Origin: Pseudomonadota bacterium
GTDB taxonomy: Bacteria; Pseudomonadota; Gammaproteobacteria; GCA-002705445; GCA-002716945
Reading direction: 5' to 3'
Length of the DNA stretch: 56,838 nt
NCBI GenBank assembly: GCA_036163455.1
Contig: JAYZKL010000036.1
Coordinates: 1-56,838, forward strand
In this document: positions 30,916 through 42,760 of the stretch, one piece after another
How positions within the stretch are numbered: position 1 is the first letter of the stretch
Layout of the letters: each line of letters begins with the position of its first letter
Notes under the pieces: generated by a model
Told to the model about the DNA's origin: nothing
Databases searched by the model: none
Seen by the model: only the letters and a program-made list of their open reading frames with translations
Made by a program: the position numbers and the translations under genes

Positions 30916-33225
30916 ATGGAAGTTTTTATAAACAATAAATCATACAAAGCAAATAATGACGAAACAATTATCGAGCTTGCAGATAGATTAGGTATTCACA
31001 TACCTCGCTTCTGTTATCACAAACATCTATCTGTTGTTGCAAGCTGTCGAATGTGTTTGGTTGAGATAGAAGGGTTTAAACATGCTCAACCTGCTTGCTC
31101 AACTAAACTTACTGAAAATATGAAGATTAATACAAAGTCTGATGTAACTAAAAAAGCTCAGAAGTCCACAATGGAATTTCTCTTAATCAACCATCCACTT
31201 GATTGTCCAATTTGCGATCAAGGAGGAGAATGTGAACTACAAGATGTTTCTCTGGAATTTGGTGATGATCATTCACAATATATGCAATTGAAAAGAGTAG
31301 TGCCTGATAGAGATATTAGTCCATTAATTTCAACTGATATGACAAGATGTATTCACTGTTCACGGTGTGTAAGATTTGGTGAAGAAATTAGTGCCCGCAA
31401 AGAACTTGGTTTGTTGGATAGAGGCGAAGAGATGAAAATAGATACATTTTTAGACTATGGAGTCAGTTCTGAGTTGTCCGGCAATATGATTGACTTGTGT
31501 CCAGTTGGAGCTTTAAATAATAAACCTTATCGTTATTCAGCAAGAACATGGGATTTATCGCAACATGCTGGAATTTCTCCTCATGACTGTATTGGTTCAA
31601 ATATTTACTATCATGTTTATAAAAACAAAATAGTTAGGGCTGTACCATGTGAAAATGAATCTATTAATCAAACATGGTTATCAGATAGAGATAGATTTGG
31701 CTATGAGGGCATATATTCAAATGAGAGAATCAGAGAGCCAATGATTCGAAAAAATAATAAACTTGTAGAATGCGATTGGGAGACAGCTCTTGATGCTGCT
31801 AATACTGAATTACAAAAATTAAATCAATCTAATAATGATGATATAGGTTGCTTAATCTCGCCACAATCTACATGCGAAGAACTGTATTTGTTTCAAAAAC
31901 TATTTAAAGGTCTTAATGTAAAAAATATTGACCATAGAACCAAGGAAAAAGATTTTGAATATCAAAGTTATTTTCCAGTTATGCCCCTCTTTGGATGTAA
32001 TTTTGACATGATAGAAAGTTTTGAAAATATTATTCTGGTTGGGGTCAATGTAAAAAAGGAATTTCCAATTCTTTCTCCAAGGTTAATAAAAGCCGCTAAA
32101 AATATAACAAAGTTCTTTTCATTCAATTTTATTCCGTCTAATGAAGACTTTCCTTTGGAATTAAATTTAACTCAGAGACCACAGGATTTAATTCATATCT
32201 TCAGAGATTTAATTGATAAGAGAATAAGAGAAGATATGTCTTCAGAAATTGGGAAAATATCTAAAAATTTAACTCCAGGAAAGAAAACCCTAGTTATCAT
32301 TGGTCCAAGCATTTCTCAATTAGATAATCAAACAGAGTTCCTTTCAATTTTAATAGAATATATTAATAAAAATAATTTTAAACTTGGGTTTTTAGCTGAT
32401 CAATGTAATTCAACATCTTCCTGGTTACTAGGTCTTCTTCCGCATAGGAATTTATTAGGAGAACCATCTCAGGAAATAGGTTTAAATGCCTATGAAATGA
32501 TAGAAAAAAGATTATCTTCATACATTATATATAATCTTGAACCGGAGCATGACTTTTGGAATAACTTGTCTTTAAATAAGTCTCTTGAAAAATCAAAAAT
32601 GAATATATTTTTCTCTACTTTTATTACACCAAGTATTCAGGAATATGCAAATATAATATTTCCAATTACCGCCTTTGCAGAGGCTAATGGTAGTTATATA
32701 AATATAGAAGGAACTTATCAGCGCTTTGATAAGATAATTAACCCTAGCAATAATATACGACCAGGTTATGAAGTGTTAAATAGTCTTCTCCATAAAAATA
32801 ATCTTGGACAATATACTTTTCAAGAGTTACAGCAAGAACTAACTGATATAGTTATCAATTTTGATGCATCTTCTAAAACAACTGCCTCTAAAAATCAAAG
32901 AAAAATTTCCAACAAACATCAAAATTTTATAAAATTAACTGATAGGGAAATTTATCAAACTGATTCTTTTTCAAGGAGATCAGGTTCTCTACAAATGACT
33001 AAACATGCAAAGAATGCATTAATAAGGATTTCTAAAGATATAATGGATGACACTGAGACAAAGGAATATATAGAAATCATTGATGAATACAAAAAATTTA
33101 AAACAAATATTTATAAAATTGACAATCTATTACCAAATAAGACCATAGTTTATCCTTCAACTTTTTACCAGGATACTTTAACTGGAATGAAGTTTGGATC
33201 TATAGATATCAAAAGTAATTTCTAA
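30916..33225 (+). CDS. nuoG: NADH-quinone oxidoreductase subunit G
   Basis: PRFCYH, CRMC, HPLDCPICDQGGEC, RCIHCSRC, DLCPVGAL motifs. Confidence 0.97.
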   Translation: MEVFINNKSYKANNDETIIELADRLGIHIPRFCYHKHLSVVASCRMCLVEIEGFKHAQPACSTKLTENMKINTKSDVTKKAQKSTMEFLLINHPLDCPICDQGGECELQDVSLEFGDDHSQYMQLKRVVPDRDISPLISTDMTRCIHCSRCVRFGEEISARKELGLLDRGEEMKIDTFLDYGVSSELSGNMIDLCPVGALNNKPYRYSARTWDLSQHAGISPHDCIGSNIYYHVYKNKIVRAVPCENESINQTWLSDRDRFGYEGIYSNERIREPMIRKNNKLVECDWETALDAANTELQKLNQSNNDDIGCLISPQSTCEELYLFQKLFKGLNVKNIDHRTKEKDFEYQSYFPVMPLFGCNFDMIESFENIILVGVNVKKEFPILSPRLIKAAKNITKFFSFNFIPSNEDFPLELNLTQRPQDLIHIFRDLIDKRIREDMSSEIGKISKNLTPGKKTLVIIGPSISQLDNQTEFLSILIEYINKNNFKLGFLADQCNSTSSWLLGLLPHRNLLGEPSQEIGLNAYEMIEKRLSSYIIYNLEPEHDFWNNLSLNKSLEKSKMNIFFSTFITPSIQEYANIIFPITAFAEANGSYINIEGTYQRFDKIINPSNNIRPGYEVLNSLLHKNNLGQYTFQELQQELTDIVINFDASSKTTASKNQRKISNKHQNFIKLTDREIYQTDSFSRRSGSLQMTKHAKNALIRISKDIMDDTETKEYIEIIDEYKKFKTNIYKIDNLLPNKTIVYPSTFYQDTLTGMKFGSIDIKSNF

Positions 33226-33231
33226 ATTAAT

Positions 33232-34254
33232 ATGCAAGCTCTACACATTTTTTTAAACATTTTAACTGATATTCTTATTATCGTTATACCTCTATTTCTA
33301 ATAGTTGCATATGTAACTTATTCTGAGAGAAAGATTATAGGGTTTATGCAATCTAGGATGGGACCATCTCGTGTTGGACCATATGGAATATTACAACCTA
33401 TAGCTGATGTTATAAAACTTCTTTCTAAAGAAATAATTGTCCCTTCGAGTGCAAACAAAGGTCTCTTTCTGACTGCTCCAATGTTAATGTTAATTCCATC
33501 TCTATTAGTTTGGTCCGTAATACCTTTTTCAGAAAGATTTGTTCTTGCAAATATTAATGCAGGAATCCTTTTTATTCTTGCTTTAACTTCACTCAGCGTG
33601 TATGGAGTTATTATTGCTGGCTGGGCATCCAATTCTAAGTATGCTTTTTTAGGTTCAATGAGATCAGCCGCACAAATTATAGCATATGAGATAGCGATGG
33701 GTTTTGCGCTCGTAGGAGTTTTAATGGTTGCAGGAAGTTTAAATCTACAAGAAATTATAATAGGTCAAAGCGGTGGAATTTTAAACTGGTATTGGATACC
33801 TTTATTACCATTATTCTTGATTTATTTAATTGCTGGTGTGGCCGAAACTAATAGAGCACCATTTGATGTATCTGAAGGAGAATCAGAACTTGTTGCTGGA
33901 TTTCACGTTGAATATTCTGGAATGGCTTTTGCAATGTTCTTTTTAGCAGAATATATGAATATAATTTTAATTAGCGTATTAGTTAGCATTATGTTTTTTG
34001 GAGGTTGGTTGTCACCATTTGAATCTACATGGTTTGAACCAATAACTAGTTGGATTCCTGGCTTTGTATGGTTATCGATAAAAACCATAATGTTTGTTTT
34101 TTTATTTTTATGGTTAAGAGCTACCTTACCTAGATATAGATATGATCAAATTATGAGACTTGGCTGGAAAGTCTTTTTACCGATTACATTAATCTGGATC
34201 TTTTTTGAAGGATTTATGATTTATTATGAAATTACACCTTGGTTCAAATCATGA
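33232..34254 (+). CDS. nuoH: NADH-quinone oxidoreductase subunit H
   Basis: ERK...[26 protein letters not shown] motifs. Confidence 0.98.
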   Translation: MQALHIFLNILTDILIIVIPLFLIVAYVTYSERKIIGFMQSRMGPSRVGPYGILQPIADVIKLLSKEIIVPSSANKGLFLTAPMLMLIPSLLVWSVIPFSERFVLANINAGILFILALTSLSVYGVIIAGWASNSKYAFLGSMRSAAQIIAYEIAMGFALVGVLMVAGSLNLQEIIIGQSGGILNWYWIPLLPLFLIYLIAGVAETNRAPFDVSEGESELVAGFHVEYSGMAFAMFFLAEYMNIILISVLVSIMFFGGWLSPFESTWFEPITSWIPGFVWLSIKTIMFVFLFLWLRATLPRYRYDQIMRLGWKVFLPITLIWIFFEGFMIYYEITPWFKS

Positions 34255-34733
34255 TAAGTAAAATTATTTCCATTATTAAAAGCCTCTTTTTATTTGAAAT
34301 ATTTAAAGGATTATCTGTGACTGGTAAAAAAATGTTTAAAAAACCAATAACTATTCAATATCCAGATGAAAAGACACCTCAGTCAGCAAGATTTCGTGGG
34401 TTACATGCATTAAGAAAATATCCTAATGGCGAAGAGAGGTGCATAGGATGTAAGCTTTGTGAAGCAGTTTGTCCGGCACTAGCAATCACAATGGATACTG
34501 AAATGAGGTCAGATGGCACGAGAAGGACTACACGCTATGAAATAGATTTATTTAAATGTGTTTATTGTGGATTTTGTGAAGAAGCATGCCCAGTTGATGC
34601 TGTAGTTGAAACAAAAATTTTTGAATTTCATTTTGAGAGAAGAGATGAAAGGATTATTTCTAAGGATGAATTGTTGAAAATAGGATCAATTTATGAATCT
34701 CAGGAAATAAAAGATAGAGAAAACCTAAATTAA
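34251..34733 (+). CDS. nuoI: NADH-quinone oxidoreductase subunit I
   Basis: Two CxxCxxCxxxCP motifs; ATGA overlap with nuoH. Confidence 0.97.
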   Translation: MISKIISIIKSLFLFEIFKGLSVTGKKMFKKPITIQYPDEKTPQSARFRGLHALRKYPNGEERCIGCKLCEAVCPALAITMDTEMRSDGTRRTTRYEIDLFKCVYCGFCEEACPVDAVVETKIFEFHFERRDERIISKDELLKIGSIYESQEIKDRENLN

Positions 34734-34739
34734 AAAATT

Positions 34740-35342
34740 ATGGAAATAGAGTTATATGTTTTTTTTCTTTTTTCTTTTGCATTAATTTTTAGCGCATTAA
34801 GAGTAATTACAGTCAATAATCCAGTTAAGGCAGCAATTTATTTGGTATTTTGTTTCTTTTTTTCTGCGATATTATGGTTATTATTAAATGCCGAGTTTTT
34901 GTCTATCATACTAATACTTGTATATGTGGGGGCTGTCATGGTCCTATTTTTATTTGTAGTTATGATGCTGGATATTAATTTAGCAAAGATACAAGAGGGT
35001 TTTGTAAATTATTTTCCAGTGGGATTAATTGTCTTTTTTGTTATGGCAGTACTATTAATATTTTTTTTAAGCGATCAGTTTTCAAATATGGACAAAAATA
35101 TAATACAGGAAATTACACTCATAGGATCTAACAATACTAAGAACCTTGGATATCTTCTATATACTGAATTTATCTTAGCTTTTGAAATTGCAGGAATTAT
35201 ATTATTGCTGGGAATAATTGCTGCTATCACGTTAACTCATAAAAAAAATATCCTAACTAAATATCAAAACCCTTCTGAACAGGTTAAGGCTACAAAGTCA
35301 GATAGATTAAAGGTTATTAAAGATGAGGGTCAAAAGCAATGA
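34740..35342 (+). CDS. nuoJ: NADH-quinone oxidoreductase subunit J
   Basis: AEFL...[17 protein letters not shown] motif. Confidence 0.97.
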   Translation: MEIELYVFFLFSFALIFSALRVITVNNPVKAAIYLVFCFFFSAILWLLLNAEFLSIILILVYVGAVMVLFLFVVMMLDINLAKIQEGFVNYFPVGLIVFFVMAVLLIFFLSDQFSNMDKNIIQEITLIGSNNTKNLGYLLYTEFILAFEIAGIILLLGIIAAITLTHKKNILTKYQNPSEQVKATKSDRLKVIKDEGQKQ

Positions 35343-35644
35343 TACCTATGTTGTATTACTTAATTCTTAGCTCTTTACTATTTAGTATTTCGCTAGCAGG
35401 TATTTTTCTAAATAGAAAGAATATTCTTATTCTGCTTATGTCTATAGAAATAATGTTCTTATCTATAAATTTTAATTTTATAATTTTTGGAAATTTTTTA
35501 GTTGATTTAACCGGCCAAATTTTTGTCTTTTTTATTCTTACAGTAGTAGCAGCAGAATCAGCAATAGGACTTGCCCTTATTGTTGTTTTATATAGAAATA
35601 AGCAAAGTATTAATGTTGATGATATTGGAAAATTAAAGGGTTAA
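35339..35644 (+). CDS. nuoK: NADH-quinone oxidoreductase subunit K
   Basis: MSIEIM and AAESAIGLA motifs. Confidence 0.97.
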   Translation: MIPMLYYLILSSLLFSISLAGIFLNRKNILILLMSIEIMFLSINFNFIIFGNFLVDLTGQIFVFFILTVVAAESAIGLALIVVLYRNKQSINVDDIGKLKG

Positions 35645-35646
35645 AT

Positions 35647-37578
35647 ATGTTTGTATATACTTCATTAATATTATTTTTACCTTTAATCGGAGCGATACTG
35701 TTATTATTTGTTAATAAACAGCCGCAAAATTTTTTTACAAACATAATTGCCAATGTGTCAATTGGTATACCGATGATTCTTTCAATTATTTTATTTATAA
35801 AGTATTTATTTTATCCAAACATAGTTGAAACTTATATATTATATACCTGGGCACATACTGAAAGCTTTGTTTTAAGTCTTGGTATTTTGATTGATAGCTT
35901 ATCTGTTTTGATGGCATTTGTAGTAACAACCGTTTCATTTCTTGTACATGTCTATTCTATTGCTTATATGCATAAAGATGAAAGCTATAATAGATTCTTT
36001 ATTTATACAACTTTTTTTACATTCTCAATGTTATTAATTGTATTCTCTGATAATTTCTTACAACTATTCATAGGTTGGGAGTTAGTTGGATTATCTTCTT
36101 ATCTACTCATAGGCTTCTGGGTTCAAAAGGAAACGGCAATTTTTGCAAACCTAAAGGCCTTTATTGTAAATAGAGTTGGAGATATAGGATTAATACTTGG
36201 TGTTTGTTTGGTATTTATATATAACAAAGATCTCAATTATTTTAATTTTTTTAATTCAATAGATGTATTAGAAAATAAAACATTAGATTTATTAGGATAT
36301 AATATTTCTATCCTACCTTTAATTGCATTTATGTTATTCATTGGTGCTGCAGCAAAATCAGCTCAAGTACCACTACAATTTTGGTTACCAGATTCTATGG
36401 AGGGACCAACGCCTATTTCAGCATTAATTCATGCAGCGACAATGGTAACAGCAGGTATTTTTATGATTGCAAGATTATCGCCGCTCTACGAGCAATCACT
36501 ATATATTTCAAATTTAATTCTAATAATTGGCTGTGTAACCGCTTTATTCATGGGGCTAGTTGCTCTTGTGCAAAATGATATTAAACGGATTATTGCATAT
36601 TCAACAATTTCACAGCTAGGCTATATGGCTGTTGCACTTGGTCTTTCATATTACTCTTTAGCAATTTTTCATCTTATGACGCATGCTTTTTTTAAGGCAC
36701 TTTTATTTCTATGCGCCGGATCAGTAATACTTAAATGTCACCATGAGCAAGATATTACTAAAATGGGTGGATTAAAGAGTTGTCTACCTATCACCTATGT
36801 GACGTTCTTTGTTGGAGGCCTTTCAATGATTGGTTTTCCCATATTTTCAGGATTTTTTTCTAAAGACTTAATTATTGAGGCCCTAAGATTTGAAGGACAG
36901 TTAATTGCATATTATACATTAATACTTGGTATTCTTGTTACCACACTGTATACATCAAAAATCTTTTTTAAAGTCTTTTATGGTGAAAATAAATTAACTA
37001 ATTTCAATGAAAACGAACCAGAGCACAATAAAATTTTATTGGTACCATTAGGAGTTCTGGCAGTCTTCAGTATATTTATTGGTCTCTTATTGTTTAAGCC
37101 AATTATAGAAGATAATTATTTTAATAGCTCTCTGACTGATTCAATAAAACTGAAAGAATTTTTTGTAGCTTCAATATCTACATCGCATGAATTAATTATT
37201 CACTCATTCACTTCATTAAGTTTTTTAACAGTCATTATAGGATTATTCTCTTCATACTTATTATTTTTCCAATATCCAAATATTTGTGAGAAGATAAAAA
37301 ATAAATTTAACTTCCTATATGAAATATTAAGGAATGAATTTGGTTTTACATACATTGCAAATACTTATTTTCCAAAACATACAAATATAATCTCCAAGGC
37401 TTTATGGAAGAAATCTGATGAAAAAATTATTGATGGTTTTTTTGTAAACGGTTTAGCTAATTTAATTAATAGGTTTTCAATAAAAATTAGGTTATTTCAA
37501 TCTGGGTATCTATATCATTATGCTTTCACGATGATTATTAGTTTAGTTCTATTATTATTCTTTTTTTACGATTTTTGA
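35647..37578 (+). CDS. nuoL: NADH-quinone oxidoreductase subunit L
   Basis: GWELVG, KSAQVPL, WLPDSMEGPTPISALIHAATMV, THAFFKALLF motifs. Confidence 0.98.
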   Translation: MFVYTSLILFLPLIGAILLLFVNKQPQNFFTNIIANVSIGIPMILSIILFIKYLFYPNIVETYILYTWAHTESFVLSLGILIDSLSVLMAFVVTTVSFLVHVYSIAYMHKDESYNRFFIYTTFFTFSMLLIVFSDNFLQLFIGWELVGLSSYLLIGFWVQKETAIFANLKAFIVNRVGDIGLILGVCLVFIYNKDLNYFNFFNSIDVLENKTLDLLGYNISILPLIAFMLFIGAAAKSAQVPLQFWLPDSMEGPTPISALIHAATMVTAGIFMIARLSPLYEQSLYISNLILIIGCVTALFMGLVALVQNDIKRIIAYSTISQLGYMAVALGLSYYSLAIFHLMTHAFFKALLFLCAGSVILKCHHEQDITKMGGLKSCLPITYVTFFVGGLSMIGFPIFSGFFSKDLIIEALRFEGQLIAYYTLILGILVTTLYTSKIFFKVFYGENKLTNFNENEPEHNKILLVPLGVLAVFSIFIGLLLFKPIIEDNYFNSSLTDSIKLKEFFVASISTSHELIIHSFTSLSFLTVIIGLFSSYLLFFQYPNICEKIKNKFNFLYEILRNEFGFTYIANTYFPKHTNIISKALWKKSDEKIIDGFFVNGLANLINRFSIKIRLFQSGYLYHYAFTMIISLVLLLFFFYDF

Positions 37579-37579
37579 T

Positions 37580-39097
37580 ATGAGTCACACACCATTGCCA
37601 TTTTTGAGTATTTTAATTTGGACGCCAATTATAGTTGGTTTTTTGATGTTATTTTTAGATAAAACAGATGCTCGCTATAATCGTTTTTACAGTATTTTGA
37701 CATCAATGTTGATGTTAATTTTGTCTCTAATTATATTAATTAATTTTGATTTTTCTAAACATACTCTACAATTTGTTGAAAACAAACCTTGGATTGAAAA
37801 TTTTAAAATAAATTATTTTGTTGCTATAGATGGGCTTTCTCTTTTATTTATACTATTGACATCTATCATTTCATTATTGATATTATTTTTTAGTTTATGC
37901 GAAGAAAGATCACAAGAGAATAAATTCTTTTCACTTTTTTTGATTCTGGAAGGATTGCTATTTGGAGTTTTTTGCTCTTTTGATAGTATCTTATTCTATA
38001 TTTTCTTTGAATCAATGCTTATACCTCTTTTTCTTATAATAGGCATTTGGGGTGGACCAAACAGAATCTATGCGACTATTAAATTCTTTTTATACACCTT
38101 ATTTGGATCTGTTCTTATGTTAGTTGCAATAATATATTTATCATTTAAGGCTAATAGCTTTGCGATATTTGATTTTTATAACCTTATTTTGCCATTACAA
38201 ACACAAATCTTTATTTTTATTGCTTTTTTAATAGCATTTGGTATAAAAGTCCCAATGTGGCCTGTTCATACTTGGTTGCCTGATGCTCATGTTGAGGCAC
38301 CTACGGCAGGATCTGTTATTTTAGCTGCTGTAATTCTTAAAGTCGGTGGGTATGGAATGATTAGGTTTTTATTACCTATAACGACAGATGCAGGCATGTA
38401 TCTATATGAATTTTTAATACCTTTATCATTGATAGCAATAATATATATAAGCTTTGTAGCTTTAGCACAACAAGATATGAAAAAATTAATAGCTTATTCA
38501 TCAGTTGCTCATATGGGCTTTGTAACTTTAGGAATTTTTCTGGTTTTTGCATTTTTAGATCATGGTGCAAAAAATATGGATATAGCAAATTTAGCTTTGC
38601 AAGGGGCAATCATTCAAATGATATCTCATGGACTTATCTCGGCAGCCTTATTTATATGTATAGGAATAATCTATGCTCGAACTAAATCAAGAATAATCAA
38701 TAATCAGAGTGGAATTGTTAAGGTTATGCCAATTTTTTCAGCTTTTATGATTTTCTTTTTATTGGCAAACTCTGGACTACCAGGCACTTCTGGGTTTGTT
38801 GGAGAATTTTTAGTATTAGTTGCAAGTATGGGATTAAATATAGTTTATGCAATATTGGCCTCTCTTACATTAGTTCTGGCTGCATCGTATTCTTTGTGGT
38901 TGGGGAAAAGAGTCATTTTTGGTGTTCCAAGTAATCAAAAAATTATTTCAATGGAAGAGATCAAGTCTATTGAATTTTGGACTTTATTAATTCTTCTTAT
39001 TTTAGTTTTAATCATTGGAATTAAACCAGGTTTAATTATGGATATAATGGATAAAACTTCCCACAATATTATTTATTCATTAGCAAGAGGAATATAA
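37580..39097 (+). CDS. nuoM: NADH-quinone oxidoreductase subunit M
   Basis: KVPMWPVHTWLPDAHVEAP, AYSSVAHMG, LPGTSGFVGEF motifs. Confidence 0.98.
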   Translation: MSHTPLPFLSILIWTPIIVGFLMLFLDKTDARYNRFYSILTSMLMLILSLIILINFDFSKHTLQFVENKPWIENFKINYFVAIDGLSLLFILLTSIISLLILFFSLCEERSQENKFFSLFLILEGLLFGVFCSFDSILFYIFFESMLIPLFLIIGIWGGPNRIYATIKFFLYTLFGSVLMLVAIIYLSFKANSFAIFDFYNLILPLQTQIFIFIAFLIAFGIKVPMWPVHTWLPDAHVEAPTAGSVILAAVILKVGGYGMIRFLLPITTDAGMYLYEFLIPLSLIAIIYISFVALAQQDMKKLIAYSSVAHMGFVTLGIFLVFAFLDHGAKNMDIANLALQGAIIQMISHGLISAALFICIGIIYARTKSRIINNQSGIVKVMPIFSAFMIFFLLANSGLPGTSGFVGEFLVLVASMGLNIVYAILASLTLVLAASYSLWLGKRVIFGVPSNQKIISMEEIKSIEFWTLLILLILVLIIGIKPGLIMDIMDKTSHNIIYSLARGI

Positions 39098-39099
39098 TT

Positions 39100-40542
39100 A
39101 TGATTCTATTTCAATATTTAATACCAGAGATAATCATTGTTTCGTCTGCATGTTTCATACTAATCATAGATTTGTTTTTAAAGGAGAATTATAAAGAAAT
39201 TTCATATTATTTAATACAAGCCTCACTCATCATAACTATTATTACGATATTCGAAAGATACGATTATTTTATAAATCTAAAACCCTTTACGTATAATACC
39301 GAGATTTTTGCAACTATATTTAAAGTTTTTCTATTAACTGGTATGGTTGCTATATTTCATTATTCATACAATTTTTTAAAATATTTTCAACTATATAAAA
39401 CTGAATACTTTATTCTATGTTTATTTGCAGTTACTGGAATGATGATTATGTCATCTGCTGAAGATTTATTAATATTATATTTAGGAATCGAGTTATTATC
39501 TTTATCCTTGTACACTATAATAGGTTTTAACAAGAAATCTATTTTTTCATCTGAGGCATCAGTTAAGTATTATGTTTTAGGTGCAATTTCATCTGGCTTT
39601 TTATTGTTTGGTATTTCTCTAATTTATGGTCTTACTGGAACTTTAGTATTAACAGAAATATTTGATTTTATCAAAAATATTCAAACCGACACAGCGAGCT
39701 TAGATTTGTATAATGTTGGTTTAATATTTTCACTAACATTTATATTGGTAAGTCTAGCATTTAAATTTGGGGCAGCACCATTCCATATGTGGATACCAGA
39801 TGTGTATCATGGGGCGCTTATTCCAACAACATTGTTATTAAGTACTCTTCCTAAAATTGCTATTTTTGTAGTCTTAATTAAACTTTTATCCAATGCATTT
39901 TCTCATTTATTTGTTTTTTGGTCTGAGATGATTCTTATTTTATCGATTATTTCTATTTTAGTTGGAAATATTATCGCTATAGCCCAAACCAATATTAAAA
40001 GAATGTTGGCCTATTCCACAATTGCAAATATTGGATTTATCTTAATTGCCATTTCTCTTGGTAATCAACAATCTTATCAGGCATCTATGTTTTACACAGT
40101 ATCTTATGTAATTATGACAATGGCAGCATTTGGAGTGTTATTATTGATAACTCTAGATAAAAAACCGATAGAATTAATCAGTGATTTGAAGGGTTTAAAT
40201 TCACAACATCCTTGGTTTGCCTTTCTGCTATTGATCATTATGTTATCACTTGCTGGCATACCTCCTTTCATCGGGTTTCATGCAAAGCTATCAATAATTA
40301 ATGTTTTAATTTATAAAGGATATATATGGTTAGCTGTCTTTGTTGTACTTATGACTGTCATAGGAGCTTATTATTACTTAAAAGTAATTAAGGTTATTTA
40401 CTTTGATGAACCTTCTGGCAAAATTTATTTGATACCGTCATATATATTAATAAGCTTCAATACTTTAATTTTAATCATTTTAGGCATCTTCCCTTCGAAT
40501 CTTAGCATGCTTAGTTCCTATGCTATTGGCAGCCTCTTTTAG
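39100..40542 (+). CDS. nuoN: NADH-quinone oxidoreductase subunit N
   Basis: FKFGAAPFHMWIPDVY, KRMLAYS, SLAGIPP motifs. Confidence 0.97.
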   Translation: MILFQYLIPEIIIVSSACFILIIDLFLKENYKEISYYLIQASLIITIITIFERYDYFINLKPFTYNTEIFATIFKVFLLTGMVAIFHYSYNFLKYFQLYKTEYFILCLFAVTGMMIMSSAEDLLILYLGIELLSLSLYTIIGFNKKSIFSSEASVKYYVLGAISSGFLLFGISLIYGLTGTLVLTEIFDFIKNIQTDTASLDLYNVGLIFSLTFILVSLAFKFGAAPFHMWIPDVYHGALIPTTLLLSTLPKIAIFVVLIKLLSNAFSHLFVFWSEMILILSIISILVGNIIAIAQTNIKRMLAYSTIANIGFILIAISLGNQQSYQASMFYTVSYVIMTMAAFGVLLLITLDKKPIELISDLKGLNSQHPWFAFLLLIIMLSLAGIPPFIGFHAKLSIINVLIYKGYIWLAVFVVLMTVIGAYYYLKVIKVIYFDEPSGKIYLIPSYILISFNTLILIILGIFPSNLSMLSSYAIGSLF

Positions 40543-40545
40543 TGC

Positions 40546-40574
40546 TTGAAAATAAATTATAGAGATTATAGACT
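40546..40574 (+). promoter_or_regulatory. sigma70 promoter for tRNA-fMet/rimP-nusA-infB
   Basis: TTGAAA-N17-TAGACT ending 11 nt before the tRNA. Confidence 0.6.
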
Positions 40575-40585
40575 TCATTCTACAG

Positions 40586-40662
<77 letters not shown>

Positions 40663-40735
40663 ATGTCTAAATAAATACAAAAATCCTTATTTTTTATCTA
40701 TTTAATCCAGCAATTTTGTTATACAATTGTGACAC

Positions 40736-40760
40736 AGCCCCATGAAGGGGCTATTTTATT
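40736..40760 (+). terminator. GC-rich hairpin with T-rich tail upstream of rimP (terminator/leader)
   Basis: AGCCCC-ATGAA-GGGGCT followed by ATTTTATT. Confidence 0.6.
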
Positions 40761-40773
40761 GGTTTATTCTAAG

Positions 40774-41229
40774 ATGGATAATCTTGAAGATAAATTTTAT
40801 TTGGCAATTAATAAGGTGTTGGAAAAGACTAATATGAGTTTATTGAAAGTAAATATTAATAAAAAAAGATCTGGTTATGATATTAAACTGATCATTGATT
40901 CAAAAAAGGGTATAAGCCTAAATGATTGTGCGCATGTTTCCCAGTTAACAAAAGATACTATTAACCTGGAGCAATTAATAAGTGATGATTTTAATTTAGA
41001 AGTTTCATCTCCGGGAGTAAATAGACCCTTATTCACGATAAAAGATTATTCAGACTTTGTAGGTGAAACGATAAAGGTTAAATTAAAAATACCAGTAAAT
41101 GAAAAAAGAAATATAAAGGGGAAAATTATAAGCGTTAAGGAAAATATTGTTATTTTGGAAGAAAATAATAACCAAATGAAAATTTATTTTGAAAATATAA
41201 ATAAAGGTAATTTAATAAAAGACATTTAA
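40774..41229 (+). CDS. rimP: Ribosome maturation factor RimP
   Basis: GISLNDC and LEVSSPGVNRPL motifs; start reassigned to ATG 40774. Confidence 0.94.
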   Translation: MDNLEDKFYLAINKVLEKTNMSLLKVNINKKRSGYDIKLIIDSKKGISLNDCAHVSQLTKDTINLEQLISDDFNLEVSSPGVNRPLFTIKDYSDFVGETIKVKLKIPVNEKRNIKGKIISVKENIVILEENNNQMKIYFENINKGNLIKDI

Positions 41230-41239
41230 TGGCACAGAT

Positions 41240-42751
41240 ATGAATAAAGATATTTTACTTGTTATAGAAACAGTTTCTAATGAAAAAAATGTTAGCAAAG
41301 ATATTGTTATTGAAGCAATTGAAGAGGCTCTAAAAATTGCTGTGAAAAAGAAATATAGGCTTGATAATAATGGCGAACATGATATTGATGCCAGAGTTAC
41401 CATTGATAGAGAGTCAGGAACCTATCAATCTTTTAGGCGATGGAAAGTAGTAGAAGAGTTCGAAGAAGATGAACTTAAGGAGCAACAAATTTTACTACAA
41501 GATGCTTTGGACAAACAAGCAGATATAAAAATAGATGATTATATTGAAGAAGAAATAGAATCAGCTGACTTTGGCAGGATTGTAGCATCAGCAGCAAAAA
41601 ACGTTATTGTTCAAAAAATCAGAGAAGCTGAGCGTAACCGCATGGTAGAATTATATAAACCTAAAATTGGCCAATTGATATTTGGTGTTGTAAAGCGCGT
41701 TGATAAGGGAACAATTTATATTGATTTAGGAGTACCTGATAAACAAACTTTTACTGAAGAAGCAATGATAGGAAAAGATGCTCTAATACCTCGCGAAGTT
41801 ATACGGCCAGGGGATAGGATAAGAGGTTATTTAAAGGATGTGCAATCTGAATCCAGAGGGCCACAGCTCTATATTAGTCGAACAGCACCAGAATTTCTAA
41901 TTGAATTATTTAAACTTGAGGTTCCAGAAGTTGGACAGGGTTTAATTGAAATATTAGGTGCAGCTAGAGATCCAGGGTTGAGAGCAAAAGTATCTGTTAA
42001 ATCTAATGACCCTAAACTTGATGCTATTGGTGCTTGTGTAGGCATGCGTGGCTCACGTGTACAGGCTGTATCAAACGAATTATCTGGAGAAAGAATAGAT
42101 ATAATAATGTGGAATGAAGACCCTGCTCAGTTTGTGATCAATGCAATGTCGCCTGCAGAAGTATTATCTATCGTTGTTGATGAAGATAAGAAATTAATGG
42201 ATATTGCTGTCGCTGAGGAACAGTTATCACAAGCTATTGGAAGAGGAGGGCAAAACGTTAGATTAGCTAGTGAATTGACAGGTTGGGAATTAAATGTAAT
42301 GAGTAAAGAAGAAGCTGAGAACAAAAACACAGAAGAAAACAAAGTAATTAGCGATTTTTTTATGAATGAACTACATGTTGATGAGGATGTTGCTGAAGTT
42401 CTTGCCAAAGAAGGGTTTTCAACTATAGATGAGATAGCATATTGTGTAGTTGATGAACTAAACGCTATAGAAGATTTTGATACTGAATTAGTTGATGAAT
42501 TAAGAAAAAGAGCGGTAGAAAGAATGAAAGAAAAGGAGTCAAAAATCAAAGATGAAAGCAAGTTATCAAATCTTGAAGATATTAATCAAGACATGATAGA
42601 ACAATTGAACTTAAATAATATCTATACCAGAGAAGATCTTGCTGATTTGTCTACAGATGAACTCTTGGAAATGATAGAATTAACTGAAGAAAAAGCTGGA
42701 AAAATTATTATGGATGCAAGAAAACCATGGTTTGAAGAAACTAAAGAATAG
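41240..42751 (+). CDS. nusA: Transcription termination/antitermination factor NusA
   Basis: S1 and KH domains (ARDPG, ACVGMRGSRV, AIGRGGQNVRLA) plus acidic C-terminal repeats. Confidence 0.98.
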   Translation: MNKDILLVIETVSNEKNVSKDIVIEAIEEALKIAVKKKYRLDNNGEHDIDARVTIDRESGTYQSFRRWKVVEEFEEDELKEQQILLQDALDKQADIKIDDYIEEEIESADFGRIVASAAKNVIVQKIREAERNRMVELYKPKIGQLIFGVVKRVDKGTIYIDLGVPDKQTFTEEAMIGKDALIPREVIRPGDRIRGYLKDVQSESRGPQLYISRTAPEFLIELFKLEVPEVGQGLIEILGAARDPGLRAKVSVKSNDPKLDAIGACVGMRGSRVQAVSNELSGERIDIIMWNEDPAQFVINAMSPAEVLSIVVDEDKKLMDIAVAEEQLSQAIGRGGQNVRLASELTGWELNVMSKEEAENKNTEENKVISDFFMNELHVDEDVAEVLAKEGFSTIDEIAYCVVDELNAIEDFDTELVDELRKRAVERMKEKESKIKDESKLSNLEDINQDMIEQLNLNNIYTREDLADLSTDELLEMIELTEEKAGKIIMDARKPWFEETKE

Positions 42752-42760
42752 AGCGTTATA

